Shown piece after piece: positions 60,705 to 64,000 of a DNA stretch of 64,000 nt. The notes beneath the pieces are model-generated. The model was not told the origin of the DNA. It worked only from the letters and a program-made list of their open reading frames with translations, and did no database searches. Position 1 is the stretch's first letter. Each line of letters opens with the position of its first letter. The DNA is from Polyangia bacterium. GTDB lineage: Bacteria; Myxococcota_A; Polyangia; JAAYKL01. A program made the translations under genes and the position numbers. The stretch lies in the NCBI GenBank assembly GCA_050287845.1, contig JBNKCR010000020.1, forward strand, positions 1-64,000, written 5' to 3'.

Positions 60705-61330
60705 CATCGCTCAGACAGGAATTCACCAAAGGGTTCACCGACCAGTTGCCACCGTTCAAACTGGTGCTGGGGTTGTGTCCTACACTGGCGGTTACCACCA
60801 CGGTGGAAGGTGGGCTGGGCATGGGAATCGCCACCATGTTTGTGCTGATTATGTCGAATCTGGTGATTTCCCTGCTTCGCAATATCATTCCCAATTCGGT
60901 GCGAATCGCCGCGTTCATCACGGTGATTGCCGGGTTCGTGGTGATTGTGGAACTGATGATGAAGGCCTACACCCCCACGTTGTACAATGTGCTTGGTGTT
61001 TTTATTTCGCTGATAGTGGTTAACTGCATTGTGTTGGGTCGGGCGGAGGCGTTCGCCAAAAAAAATAGCCCCCTGCGGTCGCTGGTGGATGGCCTGGGTA
61101 TCGGCGCCGGATTCACTTTTTCATTGGTGCTGCTTGGTCTGGTGCGTGAAGTGCTGGGAACGGGCAGCATCACCGTTTTTTCCCAGTCGGACGTTCGGTT
61201 TCAGGTGATTCCAGCGACGGATGGCTATGTATTCCGATTGGCTGTGGAGCCAGCGGGGGCATTTATTTTTCTGGGTCTCATTCTGTTCTTCATTAACCTG
61301 CTCTCCAGAAAGGAAGGAGCGACCTCATGA
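60701..61330 (+). CDS. rnfE: Rnf complex subunit E
   Basis: LGLCPTLAVT, LIVVNCIVLGRAEAFA. Confidence 0.95.
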   Translation: MTSLRQEFTKGFTDQLPPFKLVLGLCPTLAVTTTVEGGLGMGIATMFVLIMSNLVISLLRNIIPNSVRIAAFITVIAGFVVIVELMMKAYTPTLYNVLGVFISLIVVNCIVLGRAEAFAKKNSPLRSLVDGLGIGAGFTFSLVLLGLVREVLGTGSITVFSQSDVRFQVIPATDGYVFRLAVEPAGAFIFLGLILFFINLLSRKEGATS

Positions 61331-61902
61331 TGTCGTATATCCTTCTGTTTATTTCGGCGGTATTCGTCAATAACATTGTATTGGCGCAGTTTCTGGGCAT
61401 TTGTCCGTTTGTGGGCGTTTCCGGCAAGGTGAGCACGGCCACGGGCATGTCCATGGCCGTTCTGTTTGTTATAACGATTTCATCAATGATTACCTGGGGC
61501 GTTGTTCGATTTGTGCTGATTCCCTTTGAAATCGAGTACCTTCAGACCGCGGTATTCATTCTTATCATTGCAACCCTTGTGCAGTTTGTTGAGCTTTTCA
61601 TTCAGAAAGTGTCGCCAACACTGTTTCGGACCCTGGGCATTTATCTGCCCCTCATTACCACCAACTGCGCGGTGCTGGGGGTGGCGATTATGAACATCCG
61701 CAACGAGTACGATTTTATTCATACCCTGGTGCATGCCTTTTCGGCAGCTACCGGATTTGGGTTGTCCATGGTGATTTTCGCAGGTATCCGGGAGCGCCAG
61801 CGTCTGGCCGATGTACCTGCCCCGCTGCGGGGAACGGCACTGGCGCTGATTACCGCAGGAATTCTGGCGCTGACATTCACCGCTTTCAAGGGGGTGATGT
61901 GA
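61327..61902 (+). CDS. rnfA: Rnf complex subunit A
   Basis: FLGICPF, LPLITTNCAVLG, GIRER. Confidence 0.95.
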   Translation: MMSYILLFISAVFVNNIVLAQFLGICPFVGVSGKVSTATGMSMAVLFVITISSMITWGVVRFVLIPFEIEYLQTAVFILIIATLVQFVELFIQKVSPTLFRTLGIYLPLITTNCAVLGVAIMNIRNEYDFIHTLVHAFSAATGFGLSMVIFAGIRERQRLADVPAPLRGTALALITAGILALTFTAFKGVM

Positions 61903-62573
61903 TGGGGGTATCCATAGCCATCGCTGCCGGGGTCATGGGCGCACTGGGCGTTGTCTGTGCCATTTGTCTGGAGGTGGCGGGAAAGCTGCTGGCCGTTGCA
62001 GGGGATCCACGCGTTGATGCCCTTGAGGAACTGTTTGGCGGCACCAACTGTAGCGCCTGCGGATTTGCCAGCTGTCGCGCCGCTGCGGAGGCAGTGGTGA
62101 GCGGTGAGGCGTCTGCAGATGTCTGTGAGCTCGGTGGGGCAGAAACCGCGGCCGCCGCTGCGGCGATTGTCGGCGAAGATGCAGCAGCAGCGGTGCCAGT
62201 GGCTGTTTCGGACACCGCGCCATTGCCCGCAGCCATCGTTTCGCCGGATGCGTCGAATGGGGATGGATCTGTTGCGGGAGATTCCACGAATCCGGTGTCC
62301 CCGGCTTCGGAGGCGGGGGGCGAAAAACCCCGGCGGAAAAAACGGGAGTTGCCTCCGCCGGTTCCGCTGAACCCCGGCGAGATGCCGGTCATCGATGAAG
62401 CGTCCTGTATCGCCTGCGGCCTCTGTGTGCGCGCTTGCACCGATGGCGCCATTGTTGGCGAGCCCAAAACCATCCCCAACATTAATCTCGACAACTGTAC
62501 CCTGTGCGGGAAATGTGTGGTTTCCTGTAGAAAAGGATTTATTTCGGTTCAGAAAAGGGAGGATGGGAAATGA
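61902..62573 (+). CDS. rnfB: Rnf complex subunit B with Ala/Pro-rich linker
   Basis: DPRV, NCSACGFASC...C, two ferredoxin motifs. Confidence 0.88.
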   Translation: MGVSIAIAAGVMGALGVVCAICLEVAGKLLAVAGDPRVDALEELFGGTNCSACGFASCRAAAEAVVSGEASADVCELGGAETAAAAAAIVGEDAAAAVPVAVSDTAPLPAAIVSPDASNGDGSVAGDSTNPVSPASEAGGEKPRRKKRELPPPVPLNPGEMPVIDEASCIACGLCVRACTDGAIVGEPKTIPNINLDNCTLCGKCVVSCRKGFISVQKREDGK

Positions 62574-63361
62574 TTCGGCATCTGGTTTTCTGGATTGTGT
62601 CGGTTTTTCTGGCGGCTTCCTGTACCAAACCGGATTTGCAGGTGGAAAAGGAGAAGGTTCCGTTTCCCTACAAGCCCATTGCAAAGGGGGAGGAAGATCC
62701 GGGAGATAATGGTCCGGGGGACGAAACCGTGCTGGACGCCATCGATGGTATATATCCGCCGGTGCCCTTCAGCCATTTTACCCATTCGTCCAACGCCGAA
62801 GGGGGCTATGGCATTGATTGTCTGGTGTGCCATCATGACGCGGATGATCCGGATGATTCCACCAGCTGCACCGAATGTCATGAGCCCGGGGAGAGTCTCG
62901 ATAAAGCCCTTCTGGGGCCCGATGACAATCTGCGCCTCGAAATGAAAAATAAAACCATCACACCGACGCCGTTTTCCCATTACACCCATGCGTCATTCGG
63001 GGCGGATGGATACAGGATTGCCTGTAACCGATGTCATCACGTGGAAGGCAATACAGGCCCCTGTTCTGAATGTCACAAGGAGTTGGCACTTCGCAGCGAA
63101 GACGGAAAGACCATTCCCAAACTCAAGCGATCGTTCCATATGCAATGCCGGGATTGCCACATTCATTCCCAGAACAGACGGGCGCCCATAACCTGTGAAG
63201 GATGTCATCGTCCGATGAAATATACGAAGACCGAAGAGATGCTTCCGCTTTCACGGTCCTATCATAGGATGTGCATCAACTGCCATCAGCAGGTCAATGA
63301 CAGCGCCGGTAAAAAGGCGCCAGTCAAGTGCGCCGGGTGTCATGTGCCCGGCCAAAAATAA
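62570..63361 (+). CDS. Octaheme class III (c3-type) cytochrome c lipoprotein
   Basis: AASC lipobox; 8 CxxCH motifs; two PFSHxxH motifs; ATGA overlap with rnfB. Confidence 0.92.
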   Translation: MIRHLVFWIVSVFLAASCTKPDLQVEKEKVPFPYKPIAKGEEDPGDNGPGDETVLDAIDGIYPPVPFSHFTHSSNAEGGYGIDCLVCHHDADDPDDSTSCTECHEPGESLDKALLGPDDNLRLEMKNKTITPTPFSHYTHASFGADGYRIACNRCHHVEGNTGPCSECHKELALRSEDGKTIPKLKRSFHMQCRDCHIHSQNRRAPITCEGCHRPMKYTKTEEMLPLSRSYHRMCINCHQQVNDSAGKKAPVKCAGCHVPGQK

Positions 63362-63464
63362 TTGCAGGTTTTTGTCTGCGCGTGCTCCTTGCCCATTTGG
63401 GAAAAGTGAGTATTCTGTATCCTTCACAGATGAATCATGTCCAGGACATCGAAGGAGTGTTGTT

Positions 63465-64000
63465 ATGAAAAAGTTTGTTGTTTCAGTCTTTGTTGTGCTG
63501 AGTACGCTGTTCGTTGCAGGTGTCAGTTATGCCGAGCTGCCAGCCGGTATTTTCCGTCTTCACATGTCGTCCACATTTGTGGAGGTGGGGACCGGGGAAA
63601 CCGAGGTGGATGGCCAGGGCGACGACGGATACGGCGGTCTGGAACTCGGACTGGGAATGAGTCGGTTCGCGATTGGGGCGGGTTTCGGGCTCGGCGGAAA
63701 ACTGCTGATTGGCGCCAAACTGGCCATCGGTCAGGAATCTTCGGACTGGTGGCCCGGGTCCGAAAATGAGACATTTGTTTTTTCTGCCATTCCCTATGTC
63801 GAATTTGTATTTCTACAGAGCCGGGTGAAGCCTTTTGCCAAGGCCATGGTGGGGATTGAGGGCGCACGGGGGGAAGACGACAGCGGGTTCTGGGGACTGG
63901 TGCTGGGCGGCGGTGGCGGATTACATTTCTTTTTAACCCAGAGTGTATCGGTGGATGCGGATTTGGAACTCAATCTGCGCTTCGGAACCGGTCACAATAC
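63465..64000 (+). CDS. Outer-membrane beta-barrel protein, 3'-truncated by the window edge
   Basis: AAGGAG RBS; MKKFVVSVFVVLSTLFVAGVSYA signal; PYVEF, KPFA, GGGGGLHFF strands; no stop before the edge (not in the ORF track). Confidence 0.8.
   Translation, partial: MKKFVVSVFVVLSTLFVAGVSYAELPAGIFRLHMSSTFVEVGTGETEVDGQGDDGYGGLELGLGMSRFAIGAGFGLGGKLLIGAKLAIGQESSDWWPGSENETFVFSAIPYVEFVFLQSRVKPFAKAMVGIEGARGEDDSGFWGLVLGGGGGLHFFLTQSVSVDADLELNLRFGTGHN

Overview
Gene-dense (~50 CDS), moderately GC-rich bacterial chromosome segment. Myxococcota/deltaproteobacterial signatures (TPR-PEGA, AgmX/PglI-like, DUF4388 and J-domain/TPR proteins, Asp-Thr-tethered lipoproteins, RpoH-type sigma) occur together with anaerobic bioenergetics (rnfCDGEAB plus an octaheme class III cytochrome; a NuoE/NuoF/GltD-type Stn/Bfu-like oxidoreductase) and surface glycoside hydrolases (GH9-CBM3, GH5-like). 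Housekeeping genes include thiC, tldD/tldE, rlmD-like, rpoH, rsmI, gyrA, a DinG/YoaA helicase, coaE, a photolyase and tRNA-Val(CAC). The window opens in the 3' part of a probable RAYT-like HUH transposase followed by a 45-bp tandem repeat. Best candidates for novelty: (1) an Rnf operon whose RnfC lacks the NADH/FMN-binding motifs and which is coupled to an apparently nested octaheme cytochrome; (2) a truncated Stn-like complex; (3) an Hsp70 split by a ~490-aa DLP-repeat insert and paired with a J protein; (4) a Tat-signal TldD with a signal-less TldE and a PPC-like lipoprotein; (5) a GH9 with Gln at the catalytic-acid position. All family calls come from motif recognition by eye; no database searches were run.
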